DNA of 64,000 nucleotides from Leptogorgia sarmentosa (Eukaryota): NCBI GenBank assembly GCA_964658305.1, contig OZ210885.1, positions 2,294,001 to 2,358,000 of the forward strand, read 5' to 3'. Shown piece by piece: positions 52,001 to 64,000 of this stretch (position 1 is its first letter; each line of letters starts with the position of its first letter). The notes under the pieces were generated by a model. It saw only the letters and a program-made list of their open reading frames with translations, ran no database searches and was not told where the DNA came from. The position numbers and the translations under genes were made by a program.

Positions 52001-52384
52001 AACTTCTATGCGATAAATACTTTATGTGAAGAAAGTGTCGAGAGAATAGAAACTACATGTGCTAACTCCTTTCCTATTCTGATTTAGGTAACATTGCAAA
52101 ATGTTCAAAAATGCATTGTACTGTAGGTTTCAAAAAAATTTCAATGCGTACTGTACGTATGTCCACAAAAAGCAGCTCACCTCTGAATGAAGAATACTCT
52201 CCACTCTTTCCTTGCTACCGACATCGCCTTTTGGTCTCACCAACAAATATATCTTTTTTATATCAGGGCAACTTCGAAGCAATTTTTCGAGCAGAACTTT
52301 TCCCAGAAATCCAGTGCCACCTGTAATGAAGATGGATTTCCCGGCGTAGAACTCTGGAACAGATTGGTAGCCAGACATTTCCAT
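45315..52384 (-). CDS. FAR1: Fatty acyl-CoA reductase (NAD-binding domain, C-terminal sterile domain, membrane anchor), about 522 aa
   Basis: 14 GT-AG exons in phase: 52384-52181, 51383-51208, 51064-50992, 50172-50066, 49469-49292, 48912-48868, 48662-48544, 48074-48007, 47424-47343, 47005-46916, 46668-46596, 46294-46238, 45960-45833, 45483-45315 (1569 nt). Motifs [41 protein letters not shown]. Confidence 0.95.
50376..50660 (-). mobile_element. CR1/L2-type LINE AP-endonuclease fragment in FAR intron 3
   Basis: Frameshifted reading CITESWF...YNIFRKDR...[16 protein letters not shown]...[15 protein letters not shown]. Confidence 0.7.
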
Positions 52385-55300
52385 GCTCTCTATTGTACAA
52401 CAATCACGAACACTGAAAAAGAAAAAAATATTATGTAGACTGTTGTACTGCGGCAAGGCTGTTCCTGGCACGCATTCTACTGTTATGTCGGCACGTCTGG
52501 GGTGAATATAAACAAAGTTTGATGATTTTTAAAACAATGGGAAACAGAAACTGGAAATCATTCTCTGGAAGCAGAGTTCTCTCCAAATGTAGCCCAAACG
52601 TTATCACAAAATTCCAAAGTACATGCTGATTATCATCAGATATTAACCCTTTTTAGCGAAAGCAAGATGCGTATTTACGGTGAAATAAACGGGTGGTCTT
52701 GCCATATTGATTGCTTCCTTGTACCCAGGGGCTCTCAAAGACGACGCGCGTAATTTGAATTTGCATGATGCGCGAAAGGAATATTGGGGCGCGCTACAGT
52801 GTAATGTCAACCATTCAGAGACGCCTGGGCAGTGGGCACGGGGCAGATATTGATTGAGCGATAGGCGATAGCAACACAGAGTATATATCATACAGAGATG
52901 TAACTGTTGTACCCACTATTGCGTGCATCTGATTGGATGACGACCTGATGACGACTAAATTTAAACTTGCCAAGCATGCGCAGTTGATCATTCTTTGCCG
53001 ATCGCATTGAAAAAAAAAGTGGGTACGTGAAAATGCGAGTTTTTTAATATTGATTTACACCAGTTACAACTCTGTATGATATATACTCTGTGATAGCAAC
53101 TAGGGTTCTATGGCAAAAATGAGGTTTAATATTTTACCATAAAGTATGAGCGTCCGAGGTTGATAGCAATTTATTACATAGCATTTTGGAAATTTTGTTA
53201 AAAGTTTTGCCTGTACTATTGCATTCTATGTATATCGTAAGGTAGTATTTGTTCGCTACATGCTTGCGAAGTGTTTGCTTTCGCTCGTTTTTACAACAAT
53301 CCACATTTCTCTAAAAAAGTCCGGTGTTTTTGCTGTTTTGTTCTGAAGCGCATTGAAAATTTCGTGACGTCCTACAACTGCATGGGTGCTCCCAGTAGCA
53401 ACATTCCTACAATTCAACATAGTTTGCTGCATTAAATAATCCAAAACACAAATTATTTCCCTGGAGTAACAGGTAGTTTTAGCGTTTCCAACAGTTTCCC
53501 AAAGAACACTGAGGACACACATTGATAACCGATGTATATTCTGAAGTGTTTATCCTGAATAAAAATTTACTCTATCTAAGAAATGCCTTTGATCAAAACT
53601 TTAACTTATTGTATCGTTTAGACGTGCATTTTGAATGTCATTATCTGCTACCAACACTGGCCACATCATGTGAGGCCGGGTATATTTTTACTGTATACAA
53701 AAAACAAAACGAAATACTGCTTATCATTCACACAACAGGTACTTAAGAAATAATATAGGAGCCAGCTTATACATTGCTATACTACTTACATTAATATTAC
53801 TCAATTATACAGGTATCTTATTGTACAGCCAGATGAAGTTAATTTTAGAGAAAGAAAATAAATTTCCACTGTCCCGGAGTGGTGTATTCTTAGACTGTGA
53901 GTAGAACTTTTGTTCCTTGTTGGGAGTAGATGCCTTGAGATATCCGAGGGGATGGCATGTTGATACAATATTGTTCAAGTATATATACAGGGTTGTTGGA
54001 TATAAGAATCAGAATTGAGAAAATAAAAGCTTGTAAATTTAAACAGTACCATATTTCAGCATGCATGGAGAGCTAATCTTGGTATAGTTTAGGACTACTG
54101 CATGTTAATTAGGCTAAATATGTCACATGAATTTCAAAATCATCAAGGAAAATTGCTTCATTCCCAGTCATGTTAGGGTTAGAAGTAAGGGTTTGGGTAA
54201 GGTTTCATGATTACACTTTAAGTTTCAACAAAAGTCTATGTGATTTTATTTTGAATTCATGTAAAAATATATCCAAGTTGGCCTGCCTAATCTTATATGT
54301 TTACCAATTTTACACAAATTTTAAGATATTTAAAATTTTACTGAGTATTTCATTTTGCCTGTTGTTTAATTGGAGACGATAAAGCTGTTATTGATCCAAA
54401 CAAGTTTCCTGTCCAGAGAAATATTACTAAATTCATGAATAACCTTGAATATCAAATGAATAACAACTGGCCCCAGATGTCAGAAAGGTAGGAAGTGAAA
54501 CCTCAAGAGGGCAGGGGGATTTTCAATTTCCTTTGAGGAAACGGCTCTTTTCAGGAATGACCTATTCTTGGCAAAATCTTGTCAGATCATTGCAATATCT
54601 TGACACGATCATGAATGCAGGATTGTAAAATGTTGCAGGCTTTTAACAAGATCATTCAACAGGACCTAGAAGAATCCCTCAAAAACTGGGAAAGTCTCTT
54701 TGCGACTTGCAAAAACATATTTTCAATCTATGTAGATACAGTTTTGCAGAAAGATAATTTGACATAATTTACTGATTGTTTGTGGTGGTATTTGGAGCTT
54801 CAGTTGATGGGCAAGTATGACGAAAATTGATTTAAGAGTTGGAGACATTTGAGTCTTGATTGATGTGTTAATGTTCAGTTTATCTTGTTACAACTGCTCA
54901 GATATGAAGAAAAATCATGTTCAACAATTACTTGTCATTTGGGGAAAATTCATGTGATTGAAAGCAAGCAATTCAGATGCTGAATTATTGCATTTTTGTT
55001 GCAACACATATATTGTAATATATTCTATCCTTTGTGTGTATGATTTTTCAGTGATGCAAGTCAGAATCAGCACTGAACTGAGCCTTTCAGACAACACTAA
55101 GAGTCTCAAGAACTTATCCTATGCTCTACAGATCGATCTTTGAAAGATATTGGAAGATCTCAGGTAAGATCTTACCAAGAATATGCTACGATTTTGACAA
55201 GATTGTCGACCCGAAATGTAATTTCAAAGCAATTTCAAAATAGCTGCAAAATTTCAACAATTTTTTCGAATTCCGGTCTCAATTGTCATGTATCAAAATG

Positions 55301-57085
55301 CAGTAGGGCAGTAGGGCCTCATGTTTTCTGAAATCTTTCTTATTTGTTTACACAGGGAACATTTCGTTTATACTGCAGAAAGGAGGAAAAATGTTCTACT
55401 AATTTGTGCACAATTACCAATTCTGTCCAATATTCAAGATTAGTTGTGAACGAAATTCCAAAAAATGATGTCAAAATGATATGTAATTTTGAAAAAGTCT
55501 CCAAGCTGGCCAAACACAGACAGCTGTGTCCACAAATATATAATTTAGTATGAATGGCTTTAAACAAGAAACCAGCAGTATAAACCACAATAACAAACCA
55601 TTACTTAATATTTCATTAAAATCTGTACAACCTTTAAAATATGCCTTTTTTGCACAAATTAACAAACTTTGTACAAAATTTGTATATTTTTTTTGCAATT
55701 TTACACACCTGTAACAAACGTATTTAATGGAGTGTAACAAATTATCAGCATAAATATCGCAAAATATTTTACATTGAGACCCTAATTAAATACATATAAC
55801 ACCCGGGTAGTTATGAAATATACATATGGCATTACTTAAACGAGGTATATTTGAAAGAATTTCTTGTAAATATCGAGGAAATTTGGAAGGGTTTCATACA
55901 CTACCAATTGCTCTTCATGATAAAAGAATCGAAATATGCTTGCAAACCAAATTTATGAATAATTCTAGTAGGCTGAATTTCCTGAATAACATCAATTTTG
56001 AACCGTATCTCCACAAAAAATGTACGTATTTGCGTCTTACCTGAGTTTTGAAGTAATTTTAGTCCTTGGAAAAACGGGTTTGTCGATCACATCACATCCA
56101 ATGCGCTCGATTTGTGTGCAAATAGGCTGAATGCACAACCACTTAGTACTATCCCACCTGCAAAAATAAGACGTTTTACATAAAAAATACCGCATAATCC
56201 CGTTATATTGGCTCGCCATCCAAAGCGTTATTAAAGAAGCTACATTTCACGTTATATTGAGCAAGGCTATCTATAAACTTTAGGTTCTTAGTAAAAGCTG
56301 CAAGAACTTGCTTCGCCTCCTTCCACGCGTACTTGTAAACCACGCTGGCTTTATTAAAATGACTATAAACAACAAAGCTAATGATGAACTACGAACAAAA
56401 GACAGGCATAAAGAGCTTACCGTTGTTGCACAAAACGTTGAATTCACTTGGAAAGAAGGTTTTTGCTCGCCAAAAAGCCTTGAATGCCTGATGTGCTGCA
56501 CAAATTTCAAAATTGTTGCGAAACTTTTTTTATACTCAAACATTCGGATCTTTCCGGAATGTACCGTAAAACGTCCGCAAGTTCTTGTTTTCTGCATTTA
56601 GTTGTTATCATTTGCTATTACATGACGTTTTGACATGTGATGATTTCCAGTTTTCCACCCAAGAAGAAGCCGATTATTAGTGGCTAAAGCTGAAGCCAAT
56701 AATAGTGCAGAATAAACTTGCTGTTACAATGAAGGCATACGTTTCTGTAATAGCTATTGGAAATCATTTCGAAAAAACCTTTACTCCAACTTCATTAAAT
56801 AATAATAAACGAAATAAACGTATAATAAGAAGCTGTTGTTTTTCTGCTGCTGACCAAAAGTATTACGGCCCTGATAGAAAAATTTACCCGCAAATGGCGT
56901 GATCGCCCGAATTTGTCGCCCGCCTGAATCCTGACAAAATGTCAAATTACAAAGATCATCAAATCGAAAGTAAGATTATGATTGATTTTAGAGTTTGTAA
57001 AACTTTATAAATGAAAAAACCTTTTCATGTTGCACTGAGTGTCTGAATCAATGCCTCTTTTAAGCATTGGGAATACTTCGATGAT

Positions 57086-60000
57086 ATGGAATGGCTAATA
57101 GGGTAAGTAACGCCAAACGCTAAACAGATGACAAAGCCTGAAATATTGAAATCACAATCAGTAAACCGCCTATTCAGCTATGTTTAAAGGCCAATAACTG
57201 ATAAATGTAAACTTTAGGATTTATTTTATTAGCTGATGAACTAGACCAAGGTCAATGTAGCTTCGTTTTGAATTCATAGCGTCATATGTAACTGATAACA
57301 GAACGAATTTATAAAGGATAGAAAAAGGCACATGCACACCTCTAAATCTTCCTTATTTGTCACGAAACGTTTTAATACAGGTATACAGGCTACCTTCTCA
57401 CTTTCTACTTGTCTGTTACCTTGCAATTATAACTCTACAAGAGCAAATTTCTGATTAATCATCGATTTACATGCGACTCCTGTTTCACTCCTGTCTTTTT
57501 TTTAAGGCAGGAGTTGAGTGCTATTTAATTAATACAAAAAACGTTTTCTTAAAATACATTGTATATATTTCGTAAAAACCAGTCATTGATAGTATTAACC
57601 GTTTTAGCTGTAGTCGGCCTATATATCTACATATCAGTAAATTGTTTGGTCTGATTTTCATGAAACACACACCCCTCCAGCCATACGGTATTCAATATTT
57701 ATGCCCCTGGTTGATAACGAAAATCAGGCCCTTTCCAACAAGAATGGGGGTTTAGTTCAAGGTTATTTAGTATAGTTATATTTTGGTTGCTCATTTATTG
57801 ATAAACCCGCTAAAATAAAAGCAACTACATTGCACATGTGCATAATTCAATAGACGATTCTCCTTAGTAGTATTTCAGAATGTTGCATTGTGGTTTAATG
57901 GTATCACACATGTTCAAAGCAACAGGGTTGATGAAAATAATGCACAAAGTGGCAAAAATGTTGTTGTTGGCCATCCTATACCTGACTGTAGTTTTTCGTT
58001 AGCCAGCGGTCTTCATTTTAGGACTTCAAAAATCCCTAAGTGTACTCATTACTGGCAAGGAGTCAAAAATGGCAGGCAAAATCACCACTGATACGTCTAA
58101 ATGTTCTGTAGCCACTTGGTTTATTCTTCATTTTGGCCCCTTCGTGCACACTGTAATATATCACTTGACCTGCCATTTTGAATGATTACTTACAATAACA
58201 AGAACTTACAATTATAACAACATTCAATTTGTGTTAATTGATCGGAAAAGGTTGCAACATTTTAAGGAGACCTGTCTTTTCCGGCTTTACTTTAACAATG
58301 AGAATAGTTTGGCTTTGCTTGCCGCCCATTATTTCACACCCTGTTGTGAGTCTTTGGAGAAAAACTAGCTCTGGGACTAGGTTTTTTCTTTAGCGATCAT
58401 ATTTGGCAGCCTTTCTTTTGCTTTCAATATAAATTCTAAAGTCTGGAAGTATAATGAATCACTTTTAACAGCTAAAACTATAACAACAGACAAATCATGC
58501 TATGCAAATTTAATTGCAAGGGGGGGGGGGGTGGAGGTGTATGTAGCTCAATTCAATGTAGCTGGTATCCACTTGGATTCTGGGAAGAAATTCAAATCTT
58601 GAAATTTAGTTTTGTCCAAATTTGATTCCTATAATTGTACCGTCTTGAAAATTACCCACCAAAAAGCCCCACTGAATGAATATTGTTAATCATATCCCAT
58701 TAGGAAGACAGGGAAGAAAAAGAACAATGATGAGCACAAAGAAACTAAACCATATCTGGAGAAGAAAATTTATGAAAATTTTAGTTTAACAAAAGAAGAA
58801 ATATTGGAGATTGTTGTCCCTCCTGCTGGCATGGATAAAAATGAGTGGCTTGCTACTCACAGTATGTTCATTACTTTCACAAAATTGAACGTTCTCAACA
58901 CACCCTTTCAGAAAGCATAGTAAAGCAAGGCTAGACTGCTAGGCCTTATTAGTAAACAAGGACTACTTTATTGCTGCCGTTAGCAACAACACAGTACCTC
59001 ATAAAAATAGCATGCAAAACATTTTACAGTCTAATCATTTTTCTCATTTCTTTTTCAAGCATTGACACTATTCAACAGTATTAATCAAATTTATGGAGCA
59101 ATTACAGAGTTTTGTACTGCAACCACTTGTCCAACTATGACTGCTGGTACAGTGTAAGTAGACAATGCACAATATGTTGTATCAGTGTATATCATGTCTA
59201 TTGTTTAAAAACAATTTTAAATATTAATTTCACCTTGTCACACAGTACCCCATGCAATTATTGCCATTCAGTCAACTTCATGCAAAAGCCGTGTCAAACG
59301 AGAATGAGAGTTGATGAAAGTTAATGAAAATTGATGAAACTTGATCAAGGTTGATTAAAGTTGATGAGAGTTACTGTGTTCGACCGCCCACTCTCGTCAA
59401 CTCTCATCGACATTCAATCTTTGATGAAAGTTTGTGCATGTTTGACCAGTCCTGAACCTCAATTTAACTGATCGACTCTCATCCTCGCCTGACCAATTGA
59501 TGGGTGCATGTGACAAATTACTGTGCACACATTTCAGAATTCAGACCATGAACAGTTGAGAATTCTTCAATTATAGGGTCCTCCAGCAGGAATTGACCAT
59601 ACATCTGTGTGATTCCAGTGCATTTTAACTGTTTGTTGTCCATTTTTTTTTCTTATTTCCAGCATTTACAGTTGGTATGGTCGCAAAGGCAAAATATCAG
59701 CACCTCAATATATTGATCTGGTAATGACTCATATACAGAAACATGTTGAAGATGAATCTTGCTTACCCTCAAAATATGGTATGATAATACGTTTGCATTT
59801 TGTTCAAACATACTGTAGACTACACACATAGAAACGCATAAGTTGTGCTAAAAGATTGTTCCAACAAGCTGATATCAAACTGTGTTCCCTGCTTGTTTCA
59901 GACTTGTTGGCAAGTTGTTACAAACCTGCACAAGCTTGTTGACTCTATGGACTTGCTACAAAACATAACGGTTTCAAATTGTTGCACGGGCGTGCTACAA

Positions 60001-60422
60001 CTTGTTGCGAACACATCTTGTGGACAAGTTGTGCGATTTTTACGTGTGTATTCGTGTGTATGGGAAGCTTGTGTAGGCTGGCTGGCAGAAGCAGTCTATC
60101 CACTCCAGTGTTTCTCAGATCAGTGTAGGGTGCAATGCTTCCACTTTACATTCCTTTTCATTCTTTAGGTTCGAAGTTTCCCCCTAGTTTTGGCACATCT
60201 GTAAAGAAATTCATCAAGCTTCTGTTTCATGTTCTTGGACATTTGTACTACAGTCATATTGAAAATGTCAGTGAATTGCAGCTTCATCCATATTTAAACA
60301 CTGTTTTTATTCATATAATGTATTTTGATAATAAATTTTCGTTACTGGAAGCTAAAGACACTGTTCCTTTAGACGACTTAGCTCATGCTATGAACTTGAG
60401 TCTTGAGCCGAAACAGAGTTGA
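57086..60422 (+). CDS. MOB2: MOB kinase activator 2, 212 aa
   Basis: Exons 57086-57102 (MEWLIG), 58704-58861, 59060-59153, 59663-59778, 60169-60422, all in phase (639 nt). Motifs NEWLA, ITEFCTATTCPTM, APQYID, PSKYGSKFP, LFHVLGHLYYSH. Confidence 0.93.
59823..60048. mobile_element. Small CAC-ended MITE with ACAAGTTGT-type internal repeats
   Basis: TA-CACACATAGAAACGCA ... TGCGATTTTTACGTGTG-TA. Confidence 0.6.
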
Positions 60423-61773
60423 AATAATTTGTAAAACGAATAATATATATTCTATAATCTTATATAATTATGACGTCATAATACTGTTGTTGTTTACTGT
60501 ATATATATATGCCACAATAAATATATTGCACTTTAACTTTGTTAGATAATTTTGTCGCGTTCAATGCAATATGTTCAAAAACCAAAATCTTGTTGGTGTT
60601 CCTCTCAAAATCAAATTATTCTATGATTATTATCTCGACGAAACAATTTGCGATCTTCGAAACTACATATGTCTGGGTATTAACTGAGAGGAATATAAAA
60701 ATTATGAGCATCAATGTTCGTATAACCAATGTTCGCAACCTGATCGAAGCCTTGGTTTCAGCTATAAAATAATCTCCTTGACGTACCCTCCAAAATCTTT
60801 TTATTTTCGTTTTGTCATAAAATTATAAATTCACCAAGCTTTTCAAGTTAGTCTGCCGACTAACTTAAAAAGAGAAACTTCAGAATTTTAGCGTAAGAGA
60901 CGTACGTGGCAAGCAGAAAATCTACAACACACTCTTCTGAGTATATATACTTTCAGTTGTTCGAATTCCCTGTCCTTTTACTATTAATCAACACCTACCT
61001 ATCGTACCACATGCGAACCGAGAAATTGCGAAATTAAGAACAAATAAGGGTATTTATTTTTTAAGGGTATTAAAACATTTAAAACTTTTTTGCTTTTTAA
61101 CCCTTTCACCATGTTTGGGATGTTTGATAAACCAAAGAAAACAAAACATTTTGTTCGCGGGCAACTCGAGCGAGCAGAGCAGCAAATCAAATCGCCCTTT
61201 ATCGCGGGCAACTCGAGCGAGCAGAGCAGCAAATCAAATTGCATCATTCTAATAATACTAAAGGAAAGATATATGAGCAACCGAAATATAAATAGAGTGA
61301 ATAACCTTGACCCAAACCACTATTCTGATCCTGACTTATCTATCAGTTGTCGTTCCCAGCCTCTAGCGCGGTGAAGTCCAATATGGCGACCGATGTGAAT
61401 TTCCTGGAATTTCCTCCATTTAGCTGCAGGTCAAATACTGCAAGGAAGCCATTAAATGTCCGATGTGAAATGAACACAAAATAGCCAATCAGGGCCAGGT
61501 AATTCTGCCCCCTGAATTTAGAAATAATGCCCTCCTCATTAGCCAATCAGGTTCTAGTAATTTTGCTCTCTATACGATTAAATATTGAACTAACAAAGCG
61601 TGAAATATGCAACAGAAATATTTATTGGTTTAAAATGACAAATTACAGTTAACAGAACTTATCCCTTTGATTACTTGATTAACTAAAAAACCCTGTGCCG
61701 TTGATTACTTCATTGCGGTACAATTACATCTCGTCCTAGGCTAAATCACATGCAATACTGGTTTACATATTCC

Positions 61774-63891
61774 TTAAAGCTTGCACTTATACAATCTAGA
61801 ATGCATCCTGTTGTACGCGTAGAAACTGTGGATGCTTTTCTTTCTGTAACGAAGAACTCGGACCATTCGATACAGAGACGAACGGCATTTTGACTGCAAA
61901 GCTCTCAAAGCTTTCGCCACATTTCCCTCGTATCTGTAATCCGTTGGAGAGCTTCCATAAGTACCTTGGGAAAGAAAGTGAAATATATTTCTTGCTTATA
62001 AAGATGTAGCGATTATTGCATGCTATACAGAAACTAAGATTATATGCGCAAAAGGTGGCGAACGTAAGCGCCAGTTTCATGGGAAAAACAGATAAAAACG
62101 GCTTTGATAAAAAAGAAACAAACATCGAACTTTATTATGGTTTTAAATTTACTAAATTCAGAAACCTTTCACAAAAAGAAAGCTCTGTTTATTATATATG
62201 TCTTCGAATTTCACATGTTTATATAAGCAGGTCTTATTAGTTCCTTTTCATATATGCGAGAGTTCTTTGAGCCAGATATAGAAATACATGCCCGCTCATT
62301 GCTCAATATTGAAAGTAACTAAGTAAGTAGGGTAGTAAACATTCAAAATCAGGCGGGATAATTAGAATAATTTATAGAATAATTAGAATTAGTTACATAC
62401 CACGGCACTCTCCTGCCCAAAATTCCGCCCAGCCTTCGTTGAATGCGAAACCATTATTGGTTCTCTTCCCACAATGATGATGCTGTGTGTAGGAGTGCCT
62501 GTCGAAATTAAACCATTGCACTTGAGGAGGATGTTACATTCATTTCGCTGATGTTAAAAATTCATGAGCAAATTTCAAAAGTTTGTTGAGGGTCCTGAAG
62601 GGGGTTTCTATTCCCATTTCCCAGCCCAAATTTTAACTAAATCCCAAGGGTCCAAGAGCAGAAATCCCATTGTCTCAATGGATGTCCTGCTCAAATCTTA
62701 ATCCCATCCCCATTTTCTATTGTTTTATCGATGATGAATCCCAGTCCCAGTGCATGAAATCCCTTTTTCCCAGTCAAAAATAAGCAAATCCCAGTTCCCA
62801 TTTTACCCCTTCAGGACCCTCTTTGTTTTTCTCATGTAATTTTTTCAGCTTTTGAGAGATTGTATTAAAAAATGCGTCGTCTCATGAAGCCACCTGATAG
62901 CATCAACGGATGAAAAACCTCGTAATTTAATCTCACTGCTGAAGCAAATGAGCAATATCAAGCTGCCTTTCAGGAGCTAGCTTAGGTAGACATTCACTGG
63001 CCAAATTTGCTGGTTGCGAATATTGTTCTATGTGTGCAAGTAGCTGTAAATTATTCAACAGTGCGCCGTAGTGCATGAAGGAACTGTTAAATTGCATTAC
63101 GTCAAATGTCCTGGGGAGAGGGTTTGCATTGGCGGGGGTGTTGGGGGGAAAGGTTGTGATGGAGAAAGGAGGGGTGATTAGAGCGGGGGTGATCAAAACA
63201 AAAATGTTAAATTAACATACCTGACAACATCTCCCAAAAAGTGAGCAAAGTTGCTGTCGAAGGAGTGTCTGATGGTGTGGGCAAACTCGTGTTTCGCTGT
63301 TCTATATGTGATGGCGCTTTTCTTCCCGGGAATGCGTATTGTGTCGGTGGTAGCGTACGCCGTTCCTCCGTGGATGATGGCGTTGGTTCGGATGTACAGG
63401 GTACTGTAAGGTAGAGGGCTTTTAGCTACTTCTTTGTAGTGTCTCAACGCCTTGTAAAACTGGACATATGACGAGCAATGAAGGCTCTTGAAGTTGATGG
63501 TGCCAAAATTGATGTAGCTTTTGTACGATTTCTTTGAAGATTTTCCCCATCGAGCTATTTTGAAGATTCTCACCACTTTTAGTTTTCCGTAGGTGCCAGA
63601 ATAGCTGTACTTTACCCTAATGTAGGGATCTGGTTTTCCGCGGAAGCCGTCACGCCCCGAACCGTTCACATTGAAAGACCCCGACGCTGTCGCAGTTGTT
63701 GAACCCATTTTGTCATCGAAGATCAGATCTTTGTCCATCAGGTCAACCTGGACATACGGCATTGGTTGACCGTAGCATGTTATCTTGCCAACTGCACGAA
63801 CTGGCCAGTTTTTCGTCTTTGGCAGAAGCCAGGCGTCTGCGAAGCAAGCAAGAAAAACACTCGCTAGAAAGACTTGTGCAAAATAACGCAT
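61774..63891 (-). CDS. Secreted, basic transthyretin-like domain plus gluzincin-type zinc metalloprotease, 319 aa
   Basis: Exons 63891-63221, 62498-62401, 61964-61774 in phase (960 nt). Signal peptide MRYFAQVFLASVFLACFADA; VRAVGKITC.GQP...VQVDLMDKD..FDD.MG...GSFNVNG...PDPYIRV; HEFAH then AFNEGWAEFW; AATAAA at 61626-61621. Confidence 0.85.
62588..62821. mobile_element. MITE with 6-bp TSD in protease intron 1
   Basis: TIR GAGGGTCCTGAAGGG / CCCTTCAGGACCCTC, TTTGTT on both flanks, internal AATCCCA repeats. Confidence 0.85.
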
Positions 63892-64000
63892 ACTTTTTCG
63901 TAGCTGATACGACTTATAGGAATATCGTCAAATTTAAAGCTCCGTCGACGAACAGGTGTGTGCTGCAAGCTGGATAGACTGATGTGAAATCCAAATCCAC

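Noticed and set aside
55340..56601. Cluster of short ORFs and an exon-like segment (56157-56041, minus) between FAR and MOB2
   Set aside because: No recognisable domain and no consistent multi-exon frame could be built. Possibly a decayed element.
61155..61240. Twice-repeated TCGCGGGCAACTCGAGCGAGCAGAGCAGCAAATCAAAT
   Set aside because: A simple local tandem duplication between convergent genes, with no sign of function.

Overview
AT-rich, intron-containing animal genomic DNA. Gene families and repeat types suggest a cnidarian, probably an octocoral or coral (inference, no search run). I traced six gene models by hand across GT-AG junctions: (1) TRAF6-like, minus, 9 coding exons, about 576 aa; (2) a small N-domain (possibly TRADD-N-like) plus 42-aa TPR gene, minus, damaged and truncated; (3) an intact NLR-like gene of about 1130 aa with a DZIP3-type HEPN domain (RxxxxH intact), coiled coil, NB-ARC-type STAND NTPase and TPRs, minus; (4) fatty acyl-CoA reductase (FAR), minus, 14 exons, about 522 aa; (5) MOB2, plus, 212 aa; (6) a secreted basic transthyretin-like plus HExxH...NEG metalloprotease, minus, 319 aa. 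The two TPR genes lie in an ~18 kb block bracketed by ~2.4 kb direct repeats that carry the last two FAR exons, and all five coding differences between the copies are synonymous. The TRAF6 start-exon acceptor and ATG are triplicated in a rearranged, transposon-rich zone. The rest is dense in MITEs, foldbacks, Crypton-like hairpin elements, a CMC/EnSpm-type element, and LINE, Penelope and hAT fragments. No CRISPR, rRNA or intact tRNA seen. Best novel-system candidate: the HEPN-STAND-TPR gene with its TPR neighbour and TRAF6.
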